Of a DNA stretch of 64,000 nt, positions 52,673 to 61,944 are shown piece after piece (positions within the stretch are counted from its first letter, which is position 1; every line of letters begins with the position of its first letter). Both the position numbers and the translations under genes were made by a program. Source of the DNA: an uncultured Verrucomicrobiae bacterium. Its GTDB lineage: Bacteria; Verrucomicrobiota; Verrucomicrobiia; Chthoniobacterales; JAATET01. A model generated the notes under the pieces. The model did no database searches. It was not told the DNA's origin and worked only from the letters and a program-made list of their open reading frames with translations. The DNA is taken from contig CAVRCI010000013.1 in the NCBI GenBank assembly GCA_963719495.1, forward strand, positions 448,001 to 512,000, written 5' to 3'.

Positions 52673-53340
52673 GAGGAAGGGGTCAGTCCGTTCAAGAGGA
52701 AGGGGTCGAGGAAGGGGTCAGTCCGGAATGGCACTGCTTTAAGCCAGTTTTCGGGGAGAAAGATGGAGGGAGATCCGCTGATTTGGTAGATTAAAGTGTG
52801 AGCAGCAACCAACCATTTCTCAGCGGATTCCCAACTCAAATATGTGGCAAAATGCGGCGGCGTCTGCAAGCGGTCATCGCGGAGCGACGGAGCGCATTGG
52901 CAGAGTCATCCATAGCGACCTACGCGCTGCAGTTTTCCCACATCCTGCCGGCCGATTTTTTGGAGTCACTCTCGCTCACGCAACGGGTTCGGCAGTATTG
53001 CAATGTGGTCGTCTTCTGGGTGTGGCTAAGGAAGGGGTCAGTCCGTTCAATGGTTCAGAATCGCCCAACGGACGGGCCCAGAGATCCCGCAGCATGTGTT
53101 TTGAACCAATGAACGGACTAACCCCTTTGAGACCCCTTTGACGGCGTGACGGCGCGGTCGGACGCGGGGACTGACGGGCAATTTCGGACGACCGATCGGA
53201 CTTAGCAGCCGAGCGTTGGGCGGCAATTTCTGAACCAATGCACGGACTGACCCCTTTGACGGACTGACCCCTTTGACGGACTTGAACCAATGCACGGACT
53301 GACCCCTTTGATGAACCAATGCACGGACTGACCCCTTTGA
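52673..53340. repeat. Cluster of nested GGGGTC/GACCCC-end repeats, including a ~96-bp TIR mini-element (53032-53127)
   Basis: Four units start AGGAAGGGGTC; six units end CCCCTTTGA (53130, 53141, 53259, 53276, 53311, 53340). Confidence 0.9.
52726..53028 (+). pseudogene. IS4-family left end and transposase N-terminal fragment
   Basis: Starts GAATGGCAC like the 57712 IS; ORF NQPFLSGFP...RVRQYCNVVVFWVWL is cut at an AAGGGGTC motif. Confidence 0.75.
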
Positions 53341-53769
53341 AAAGACATGCTCGACGCGCACGCGAATCTTGCTGATGGCGTGGTTGGATTTGCGGGTGGC
53401 CTCGTCCAGCGGGCGATTGCGGTTGGCTTTTCGCATCATGAACTCCTGCGCGTCGCAGCGCTCGAGGACATGGACTTCGCTTTCCGCTGAATAATTGGCG
53501 CTGGCGGCTAGCGCCGCCTGATCAGTTTCATCCACGAGTTGGGCGAAGACTTGGCTGTCATGCACGTTGGCAGGTGTCGTGGCGTGCGTGTCGATGAGCT
53601 TGGTCTTGGCGTCGATTTTCGCGTGGTTCTTGTAGCCAAAATGGGTCTCCGCGTTCTTTTTCGTCCAACACGCGTCGCAATCCTTTTGGCGACCCCGGGC
53701 CGTTCCCGCTTCGAAACCAGCGGGACGTTCGCCTTTTTTGATCTGCGCATTCTCCTCAGCGGTTCTCAT
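53341..53769 (-). pseudogene. IS5-family transposase fragment, truncated at both ends
   Basis: Same sequence as 62897-63325, cut at RVEHVF. Confidence 0.8.
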
Positions 53770-53873
53770 TTTGGTATTGTTGAAGTGCCGGAGGGCGGTC
53801 GGTTGACTCGATGGGGAAGTGAATTGGAGCGCGGACTTGTACTTTTTGGGCAGTACCGGCATGGCTTGGACCC

Positions 53874-54031
53874 ATGAAAACCACGCCGCCCGGATTGGCC
53901 CGCATTATCGGGAAGTTCCGTGCCGTGGCGGGGGGACTTCCCGATCCGCGCAAGGGTAAGAGCACGAGTTTTTCGATGGCGGACATCGCGCTGAGCGCGT
54001 TTTCGGTATTCTTCACGCAGAGCGCGTCGCC
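53874..54031 (+). pseudogene. ISNCY-like transposase N-terminal fragment (second copy 62635-62792, minus strand)
   Basis: LPDPRKGKSTSFSMADIALSAFSVFFTQS. Confidence 0.6.
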
Positions 54032-54744
54032 TTCGTCAACTGGCATCCTCGCGCATGCACGGGGCGTGACAGCGCCCCGGCTCTGCGGGGGTGTTGGCGC
54101 GAGCCGTGCGCGCCCGCTCGATGCGAGGATGATCGGCTCTCCGATCACCGGAACGATCCGGAGCGGCTGGCTTACACTCGGGAGCGGACCACGCGGGGGC
54201 GGGGCCGCTCTGGGTCCCGTCCCGGCGTGGGCTGCAGGGCTGGTGAACCGGGCATTGCCGTATGGCGTCGCTTCTGTGTTGCGGCCTGGCGCGGGACCTG
54301 CCCGACCCCGCGCTCTGGCGGGGTCGGAGGCATTATATCACCCAACTCGCGGCAACGTATTAGCCGAGGGAGCGCTCTGGCGACCGGTGCCGCGGAGGGC
54401 CCCTTTAGGGAGGCACCGCGTCAGGCACGGCTATACGGTGCCGCTGTTGGGCGATGTCATGCCGCGCAGGTCCCGTGCCCCGAAGGGCGAGCGAAGCGAA
54501 GCAGGCCGCAATCGTAACCCAACCGGAGCGCTCTGGCGCAGGGTCGAATTTGCAGGACGGGGGCGGGCGGGATGGTGAGGGATCGAGTTACGAGAGGCGA
54601 GCGGCGGCGCGTCGGATGCCGGGTGGCAGGGGCATTAGCATCCGGCGTGACGGCGCGGTCGGACGCGGGAGCTGGCAAACAATTGAGAGAGCAAATGTGT
54701 CATTATGAATGACCGACCCCTCAGCGATGAATGACCGACCCCTC

Positions 54745-56078
54745 GGTATGAACGGGAACATTGGTTACAGATAAACCGACCACATAGGTAACACTTAGAG
54801 GGTTAGTTTTCATGGCTTGCGGGAGCAAGCTTCGACTCCCAACGCTCGGCGTAGGCCGTAGGCCGGAGCCGAGCGTTGGGAGTCCGATCCAGCCACCCGA
54901 GCTTCACATTGGCATATCGAACGGCCAGCAGCCCTGTCTCCGGCGATTCCTCCACGGCCACATCGACGCCGATCAGTGACTCGCCGACGAAGCAGTTGTT
55001 TCCATTCAAGGAGATGAAGCCTGCTTTGTTCACCCGCTTGGTTTCCACCCCTGCCTCGTAGAGCGCAGGTTTGATGCGTTCGTCCAACCGGCGCAGGGAG
55101 GGTTGATAGGCTTGCGCCGGTGTCCTCATGCCGATGCCCTCGTGCGGACGCTCGTCGTTAAAGACTCTGCGCCACCGGTCAAAACGTTGCTGTTGGGCCC
55201 AACGGTTCGCGCTTCCCGGCTGACAGCATTCGGCCTTCATCGTGCGATGCATCCGTTCGTGGCAGCCGTTGTCCTGCGGACAGCCAGGTCGGCTGAACTG
55301 CACTTCGATACCCAATCCGATCCACCACACGCTCAGTCTGCTCAATCCCGCTGGTCCCATCGACGCGAACGGGGAGCCATTGTCCACGCGAATGATCTCC
55401 GGCAGCCCGTAGCGCTTGAATACACTGCGGAACTCGCGCTGCGTCCACTTTACCGTCATGTCCGGCATCGCCTCCGCTTTCATCAGGTATCGACTGTGCA
55501 GATCGCTCACCGTCAACGGATCGCAACGCTCGCCGTCACCCAGCAGGAACCATCCCTTGTAGTCCACTCCGAGCACGTGGTTACAGCGTTCCGGCGGCGT
55601 CAGCGTCCCTCGTTCCACCGTGAAGAGGCCTCCTCGCCGCTTGCGCGCCTTCACCAGCCCGTGCCGCTTGAGAACCTCTCCCACCGTGCTTACGACCGGT
55701 AAACGATCCACTTCGTGCTTCACTTCGAGCACTCGCTGGATCTTCTTCGGCCCCCACGTCGGATGTAACCGCTTTTCGGCCACAATCAGCCGCTCCACCG
55801 CTTCTTCTGTCCTGCTCGTCACCGTCTTCGGGGCCCGGCTCCAATCCTCTAGTCCGCCCATCCCGTGGGCCTCGTATCGCGCCTTCCACTTGTGACCCGT
55901 CTTGCGCGAGATGCCGAAACTTTCGCACAGCTCCACCATCGTGAACCGGTCGCTCGTCAGCAAACTTACAAATCTCTGTTTCTGTTCCATCGGTGACTCG
56001 TTTTGCCAGGGCATTCACCACCCTGAACTGTCACCCATGTCCTCGGTCAATCTGTCACCTATGTCCTCGGTTCATACC
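54745..56078 (-). mobile_element. IS481-family insertion sequence
   Basis: Imperfect ~28-bp TIRs GGTATGAAC...ACAGAT; internal TGTCACCYATGTCCTCGGT repeats. Confidence 0.85.
54803..56014 (-). CDS. IS481-family transposase
   Basis: MPW..., GISRKTGHKW HTH, DYKG, DNGSPF, PQDNGCHERMHRT. Confidence 0.93.
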   Translation of the reverse strand: MPWQNESPMEQKQRFVSLLTSDRFTMVELCESFGISRKTGHKWKARYEAHGMGGLEDWSRAPKTVTSRTEEAVERLIVAEKRLHPTWGPKKIQRVLEVKHEVDRLPVVSTVGEVLKRHGLVKARKRRGGLFTVERGTLTPPERCNHVLGVDYKGWFLLGDGERCDPLTVSDLHSRYLMKAEAMPDMTVKWTQREFRSVFKRYGLPEIIRVDNGSPFASMGPAGLSRLSVWWIGLGIEVQFSRPGCPQDNGCHERMHRTMKAECCQPGSANRWAQQQRFDRWRRVFNDERPHEGIGMRTPAQAYQPSLRRLDERIKPALYEAGVETKRVNKAGFISLNGNNCFVGESLIGVDVAVEESPETGLLAVRYANVKLGWLDRTPNARLRPTAYAERWESKLAPASHEN

Positions 56079-56099
56079 CCCCTTTTTGACCGACCCCTT

Positions 56100-56807
56100 T
56101 TCGTTCTCCACAAACCCCACCGGTTACCCAAGGGCGTTCTCACCAACGAGCAAGTGTTGCGGCTGCTCGCGCAGCCTGAGCTTGCCACCCCCAACGGCTA
56201 CCGCGACCGCACCATCCTCGAACTGCTCTACTCAAGCGGCTTGCGCGGCCTCGAACTCGCCCGGCTCACGATTTACGACGTGGACTTCAAGGACGGCACC
56301 GCCCGCGTCGTCCAGGGCAAAGGCAACAAGGATCGCATCGTCCCGCTCGGCCGCACCGCCGCCGGATACCTCCGCGAATACCTGGCCCACATCCGCCCGA
56401 TCCTGCTCGGCCGGGCCGTCCGCCAGAAAGCCGTCGAGCGTCTGTTCCTCACCGGCCGCGGCGGCGCGTTCAACTCCAACGTGCTGCGGCGCTTGGTCCG
56501 CCGCCATGCCAAGGCCGCGGGCCTGCCGCCTACCACCGCCGCCCACGGCCTCCGGCACGCGTGCGCGACTGAAATGCTCAAAGGCGGAGCGAACGTCCGT
56601 CACGTCAAGGAACTCCTCGGCCACGCGACGTTGACGACCACGCAGGTTTACACCCGCGTCATCCCCGTCGATCTCCAGAAAGTCCACGCCGCCACGTCCC
56701 CCAGCGAACGCCGCCGCAAGCTCGACGTTCCCGAGTTCGAGCTGGTCCGGTTCCGCGACCGGAAAAACAAGACCAGCCTCTCCCAAACCCCGTGGAAACG
56801 GCGCTGA
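56100..56807 (+). pseudogene. XerD-like tyrosine recombinase, N-terminally truncated
   Basis: RDRTILELLYSSGLR, GKGNKDR, HGLRHACAT, LLGH...TTQVY; no start codon or N-terminal binding domain. Confidence 0.85.
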
Positions 56808-56838
56808 ACGGGATCGCCACGGCTCCGCCAGCTGCCGT

Positions 56839-57327
56839 ATGATCCCCGACGTGCGCACGACTCCGGTCCTCTACCTCGATACCTCCGTTCTCGGCGGCTA
56901 CTACGACGACAAATGGGAGGAAGACACGGTTGCGCTCTGGCAGCAGATGGAGGCCGGACAATGGCGGTTCGTCAGCTCCGACATCACCACCAAGGAAATT
57001 GAAGGCGCTCCTGAAAATGTCCGCGATCTTTTTGCCCGGACGTTCCCGCTTGGCACGCTGCTCGAAGTCACCGACGAAATGGAAGACCTCGCCGCCGCCT
57101 ACATCGCCCAGGGCGTCGTCACCCAAAAATACGAGGACGACGCCCTCCACGTCGCCGTCTGCACCGTCGCCCGGATCGACTTCCTCGTGAGTTGGAACTT
57201 CCGGCACATGGTCAGCGCCCACCGCAAAGCCGGGTTCAACGGCGTCAATCTGTTGAAAGGATACCCGCACGTCACTATCGTGAACCCACTGGAACTCATC
57301 TATGAAAACCGCAACAAAAACCTTTGA
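56839..57327 (+). CDS. PIN-domain toxin
   Basis: LYLDTSVLGG, DALHVAV, LVSWNFRH. Confidence 0.88.
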   Translation: MIPDVRTTPVLYLDTSVLGGYYDDKWEEDTVALWQQMEAGQWRFVSSDITTKEIEGAPENVRDLFARTFPLGTLLEVTDEMEDLAAAYIAQGVVTQKYEDDALHVAVCTVARIDFLVSWNFRHMVSAHRKAGFNGVNLLKGYPHVTIVNPLELIYENRNKNL

Positions 57328-57493
57328 TGGCGTGGAGATGTCCCGGCGGCTGCGCGAGGACACCAGCCGTCTGCTTCACTCCATGAACCGAGAGCAACGG
57401 CGTGAATGTCTGCGCGAGGCCCGCGAACGCTACGCCGCCGAGCTTGCCGCCCGCCAATCCAGGCAGCCGCTCGAAACCGCCTCTTCTTCCTAG
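57302..57493 (+). CDS. Putative antitoxin (downstream of toxin)
   Basis: 63-aa KTFDGVEMSRRLRE ORF overlapping the PIN gene. Confidence 0.65.
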   Translation: MKTATKTFDGVEMSRRLREDTSRLLHSMNREQRRECLREARERYAAELAARQSRQPLETASSS

Positions 57494-57719
57494 CCGTTGC
57501 TTCGTTCCCGCCGTGGTCGCCTTCCTCAAAAACGCGCCTCCGCTCCGCGTCCGCCGTTCCCGTTCCGGGATCGCGCGCCCGCACGCGCGAAGCTTTGGGG
57601 AGTGGCCGCGAATAAAGTTGGTTCCCGTGGAAATGGAATGGAAAGCTAAATAGAGCCTGTCCGAAAAGAGCGGATCAAGCATTGAAAGGAGTAATCAAAG
57701 GGGTCAGTCCGGAATGGCA

Positions 57720-59225
57720 CTAAGATAAGGGGGATTTGGGAGGATTTTCGACCCCGGATTTTCGGTGAGGGAGCGGTCCCATTTGGCGGCGGGGCTTGGT
57801 CAAGAGGCGATAGTTTTTGGGGCGGCGTTTTCTGACTCTGGGTTCGGATCGGTCTGGGCGCAGCGGAACGAGATCGCTGGCGATGGCAGAGAGCATGGCG
57901 TCGAGGATGGCGGAGATGGTGCGGGGTTTAGCGTTGGCCCCACTGGTGGCGTTGGCGAACTGACGGACGGTATCGAGAGTGCCCTTGAAGGAGACGCGAT
58001 CCAGGTCGAGTTCGTGAATCAGGGCGGCTTTCTGCATGACGCTGCGGACGAGGTTGTAGGCGATGAAGTGCATGAGGAGTTCGCGCTCGATGAGGGCCGG
58101 GGATTTGCAGCGCAAGACGTCCATGTTGAGAGCGATCTTGATCTCGCGAAAATGGAGTTCGACGCTCCAGCGGCGGAAGTAGAGGGAGGCGAGATCATCG
58201 GCGGGAATGGCCGTCTCGGAGAGCAGCAGGGTGGTCACCAAGGTCACGGTCTGGGTGCGGAAGCCGGGTTGGGCGATGGTGTAGCGCACGACGCGCACTG
58301 GAATATCCGCGGGCCAGAGCGCGAACTCCTCGGGCGTCATCCCGCGTGGTCGCTGCGCGGGGCGCTTCCAGACAATGTTCACATCGAAATTTGCCGACTT
58401 GGGAAGCTGAGCACCAATGGCCTTGCGGATCCGTTTTTCGGGCAAGCGCATCAACGAGTCCACGCCCAGGGAGAGCAGACCGGCAATAGCCCCGAAGGAA
58501 CAAAATCCCCGGTCGGTGAGAACGAGATCGCCACGATTGAAAATGCTCCAAAGGTTGCGAAAAAGCCGGGTCTCATGGGTGAGACGATCGCCCCAATCCG
58601 CCTTGAGAAGAGCTCCGGTGAGAAGGCAGAAAACGCCAACCAGATTGATTGCGGGAAAGCCACACCCCGGCTTCTGACTGCTGCTCTGCGGCCAACGATC
58701 TTGATTGGCTTCGGTGTCGGGCATGGAGACACCCGTGCCGTCCACGAGCCGTACCTGGCGACCATGCCAGAGAGCGCCGCTGGGAATATTGGCTTCCATG
58801 CGCACGGCCAGATGGGTGTTGATTCCTTCCAGTGTCGCCACCGGGAGCTTGGCTCGCGCCTGGCAATAAGCGCTGGTATTGCCACTCATGACCTCGGTCT
58901 CTGTAGTGCCAGACGGTTTGGATTTTCTGCTCACCAAAGCCATGACCTTGCACACGGCTTCGCGACAGGAACCGTTCGGGGTTTGCACCTGATCCAGGAA
59001 GCTCCAGAAGACACGTTCGAGCGAGAAAATGCGCTTGCGGCTGTGAGCACAGCTGGGCGTTGAGCTAAGTAACTTCCGTGAAATGTAGGAGCCAAAGACG
59101 TTGACCAACACCGAGAGCGAACCGCTCTGCCTGAGCTTGGCAAGGGCCTGCGTCAGGGGTGAGACTGGCGGTCGTCCAAAAAGCCGCGAACTAAAATTTG
59201 GGAAAAACGGGTTGAAAGAACGCAT
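57720..59225 (-). CDS. IS4-family transposase
   Basis: LVDGT, TDRGF, LYFRRWSVELHFREIK, EPRVRKRRPK. Confidence 0.92.
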   Translation of the reverse strand: MRSFNPFFPNFSSRLFGRPPVSPLTQALAKLRQSGSLSVLVNVFGSYISRKLLSSTPSCAHSRKRIFSLERVFWSFLDQVQTPNGSCREAVCKVMALVSRKSKPSGTTETEVMSGNTSAYCQARAKLPVATLEGINTHLAVRMEANIPSGALWHGRQVRLVDGTGVSMPDTEANQDRWPQSSSQKPGCGFPAINLVGVFCLLTGALLKADWGDRLTHETRLFRNLWSIFNRGDLVLTDRGFCSFGAIAGLLSLGVDSLMRLPEKRIRKAIGAQLPKSANFDVNIVWKRPAQRPRGMTPEEFALWPADIPVRVVRYTIAQPGFRTQTVTLVTTLLLSETAIPADDLASLYFRRWSVELHFREIKIALNMDVLRCKSPALIERELLMHFIAYNLVRSVMQKAALIHELDLDRVSFKGTLDTVRQFANATSGANAKPRTISAILDAMLSAIASDLVPLRPDRSEPRVRKRRPKNYRLLTKPRRQMGPLPHRKSGVENPPKSPLS

Positions 59226-59267
59226 CCAATACAAGTATATATACTTAATCGAAGCCGCCAGTGAATT

Positions 59268-59621
59268 ATGCCGAAAACCGCTAAAAAATCCGACCTCACC
59301 GCCCGGGAAATCCGTCGACTCGAAGCACGCTACAGCACCCTGGCCTCGGAGCTGGGAAGCTTCCCCGAATTGAGTCAGGGAAGCGTGATGCCCCAACCTC
59401 CCCGGGCTTGGCGGTGGACCCGCAAAGTTGCCGGAAAAACCGTCACCGTTGGGCTCAGTCCCCTCAAAGCCCAAAGGATGAAACTAGCCATCGCCAACCA
59501 TCGAAAGCTGGAAAAGAACGTTACCGAGATGCGCGAGATAACCCAGAAACTCATCTTGAGAACCCCAGATCCCTCCCCGATTCCCAAACGCGAGCCGCCT
59601 CCTAAATCCTCCTTAAGTTAG
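59268..59621 (+). CDS. IS accessory ORF (DUF6788-like)
   Basis: LSQGSV...WRWTRKVAGKTVTVGL...AIANHRKL. Confidence 0.7.
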   Translation: MPKTAKKSDLTAREIRRLEARYSTLASELGSFPELSQGSVMPQPPRAWRWTRKVAGKTVTVGLSPLKAQRMKLAIANHRKLEKNVTEMREITQKLILRTPDPSPIPKREPPPKSSLS

Positions 59622-59629
59622 TGCCATTC

Positions 59630-59878
59630 GGGTCAGCCGATGAATTCTTCAAAGCGGTAGGGGTCAGCCGATGAATTCTGACGACGCTTAGCTAGCGGAA
59701 GGGGTCACGTGAAGGGGTCGGTCCATAGCATTGGCACATTCGGCGCTCGCAACTTTCCATCGATTTTCGACTTTCACTGTCGGGCTCAGATTCGGAGAGG
59801 GAAGTGGGGGTCAGAAGTGGGGGGTCAGTATGCAAAAACGAATTCCTACTTCCCGCGGAAAGGGGTCGGAAAGGGGTC
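59630..59878 (+). repeat. Second cluster of stuttered GGGGTC ends (several subtypes)
   Basis: GGGTCAGCCGATGAATTC x2, GAAGGGGTC x2, GAAGTGGGGGTCAG x2, GGAAAGGGGTC x2. Confidence 0.85.
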
Positions 59879-60058
59879 GTGGGCGGGAGCGAAAATTCAG
59901 CGGGTGACGTCACCGCTCCCGTCAACACCACGGACGATCCGGTGGGCTTGGTCGCACAGCCGACACACATCACGGCGAGCGCGCAGGCGCAAAAGAAACG
60001 GGACCTTCGCCGAGTCTACCCCGTTGCGCAATGGAGTCGCGCGGGCATCATGCGCCGG

Positions 60059-60338
60059 ATGCCGCCCGCGACCGATCCGACCATCGTCCTGACCGAAAAA
60101 TCCCTCACGGGCATGGGCGGTTGGCAGATTTGGAAGCAGGCGCGAGCCATCCACGAAGGCGGTCACGTGACCGAAGCGACCTACGAGCCGCCGTTGCTCA
60201 AAGGACGAGTCTCGGAGGGCGGTAAAGAATTCCTCGCGGCTTCCGCTTCAACAACCGCATCGACGTCGACAACCTGTGCCCCTGCCGCGACTCCCGCGTT
60301 CGCGTTCTGATCTGCGCTCACTCCATCGCCGTCGTAGA
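60059..60338 (+). pseudogene. N-terminal SWIM zinc-finger fragment, probably of a SNF2 helicase, frameshifted and truncated
   Basis: GGWQIWKQARAI... then NLCPCRDSR..LICAHSIAV in another frame; ends at GTCAGTCCGTTCATTGGTTCAG. Confidence 0.65.
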
Positions 60339-60880
60339 ACGTGTCAGTCCGTTCATTGGTTCAGAATTCGCATCCGATGCCCGCTTACTCAAAGAAATCC
60401 CCCCCCGAATTACCGCCGGTTCGCGGCATGCGCCCGCGTCGTAACGCCGGATGCAGATTGCACCGACCGCCCGGCATCCGACGCGCCGACGCTCGCTTCC
60501 GGTAGCTCGGAGGTCCGGGCTAATTCGTCGGCGGGGGCGAGCTGATGGTTGGTTCAGAGTGGGTGAACCGAGGGATGTGATTGCGAAAAACGTCACCGGG
60601 GCGAGACGAAGAAAGTGGCACCGCGGAGATTGAAGACGGCTGGCGCGGCGCGACCAGCCCTACCCAGTCGGGTAGGGAACGTCGCGCCGCGCGTTCCCTC
60701 GCTCTCTCGGCCTACTTTCGCAATCACACCCTGAACCGAGTCTTGCGAGCGTTCACAATTGACCTGCCGTCGGTCGTGGCGGCGTTCGGTGATCGCCGTT
60801 CGCTTCTCGCCCAGGTGGTGCAACCGTATGCTCACGCCCGACATTGGCTACTGATCCCAAGTCATGGACGCTTCCCAACG

Positions 60881-61843
60881 ATGTCTCCCACCCGCCTTTT
60901 CTCCTTCCTAGCCGTCGCCACCGCGACCCCGCTCTTTGCCGCCGATTCGCCGAATCTTTATTGGCCGGGCACGTTCGAGGGGGCCGTCTTCGGGGGGAAC
61001 TTCAGCTCCGCGAAAAACGTCCAACTCGAGACCGGCACCAATCACACGCCGGGCGGAACCCGGGCTTGGAAGATCCAACCGGGCTACCAACACCTTGAAC
61101 TGCTCACCGACGGGACCGGCGATTTCGAAGTCTCCTTCCACGCCCGCGCCGAGAGTCGACTCGAAGTCGTGCTGAAGGTCATCAGTCCGGGCGCCGACGG
61201 CAAGCTAGCGGAGGACCCTCATTCCATCACGATCGAGCCCTCCGAAGACTGGCGGGAATACCGCGCGGTCGTGCCGGTGAGCGATCCCTACCCAGGTCCC
61301 CGCACCGGCGAGATCCTCGTCACCGCCTTTCAATCCGGCGACGCCGACATCTGGATCGACGATCTGGAAGTGCGCCGAGCGAGCGAGGATCCGGACGCGC
61401 CGTCGCCCGCTCCCGCCCCGGACGCCACGACCTCGATCCCGCTCGGCGGCGAAAGCGAACTCGCCGTGGACCAGGCGCCAATTCCCTCCTCGATTTCCCG
61501 CGACATCCCGGTCGACGGACTGGCCGGAAACCATGTCCGCGTCTGGCTCGACGTCACCTACGACTCCGTTGCCGAGCCCGCGAAGAATTGGGCCGGCGTC
61601 GTCGCCGAGCTTCGCGCCACCGACGCCGCCGGATCGTCCACCGTCCTCGAATCGACTCCGGCGCCCTTCTGGCTTCCCATCGGGCACGCGGCCCCCGCGG
61701 GCGAGCCGCGCACGATCCGGGCTGAATACTCGATCCCCGCCGACGCTCAATCACTCACCTTCCTCGCGCAACTCCAGCCGGGCGCGCAGTCAAACGGTGC
61801 CCGCCTCGAAAATCACCGGATCGAACGTCTCTCCGAAAAGTAG
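60881..61843 (+). CDS. Secreted protein with carbohydrate-binding-module-like domains
   Basis: Signal peptide; NL...GTFE, WREY, IWIDDLEV pattern. Confidence 0.7.
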   Translation: MSPTRLFSFLAVATATPLFAADSPNLYWPGTFEGAVFGGNFSSAKNVQLETGTNHTPGGTRAWKIQPGYQHLELLTDGTGDFEVSFHARAESRLEVVLKVISPGADGKLAEDPHSITIEPSEDWREYRAVVPVSDPYPGPRTGEILVTAFQSGDADIWIDDLEVRRASEDPDAPSPAPAPDATTSIPLGGESELAVDQAPIPSSISRDIPVDGLAGNHVRVWLDVTYDSVAEPAKNWAGVVAELRATDAAGSSTVLESTPAPFWLPIGHAAPAGEPRTIRAEYSIPADAQSLTFLAQLQPGAQSNGARLENHRIERLSEK

Positions 61844-61944
61844 CTCCCTTGGGTGGCGGAAAAAGCGCCGCCTACGACTGGCTCAGTGCCAGCGTCCCGG
61901 CAACGTGTTCGTAAAACGGATCGCCGGGCACGATCGAGCCGAAA

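Larger units (their letters stand above)
53341..54721 (-). repeat. 1381-bp inverted duplication, left copy
   Basis: Reverse complement of 61945-63325; one SNP noticed. Confidence 0.95.
57712..59629 (-). mobile_element. IS4-family IS with two divergent ORFs
   Basis: ~32-bp TIRs GAATGGCACTAA..TAAGG.GGATTT.GGAGG; flanks GGGTCAGTCCG / GGGTCAGCCG. Confidence 0.9.

Noticed and set aside
53231..53340. 29-bp tandem repeats as a CRISPR array
   Set aside because: No unique spacers, units are nested and unequal, and there are no cas genes
53874..54578. 234-aa ORF (and its 62088-62792 copy) as a real gene
   Set aside because: Only the first about 52 aa resemble a transposase; the rest reads through GC-rich hairpin DNA
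55902..56099. N-terminus of the 301-aa recombinase ORF
   Set aside because: It is antisense IS481 sequence and TIR repeats, not recombinase
56100..57500. Integron (integrase plus cassettes)
   Set aside because: The recombinase lacks the IntI-specific insertion and I saw no attC-like sites
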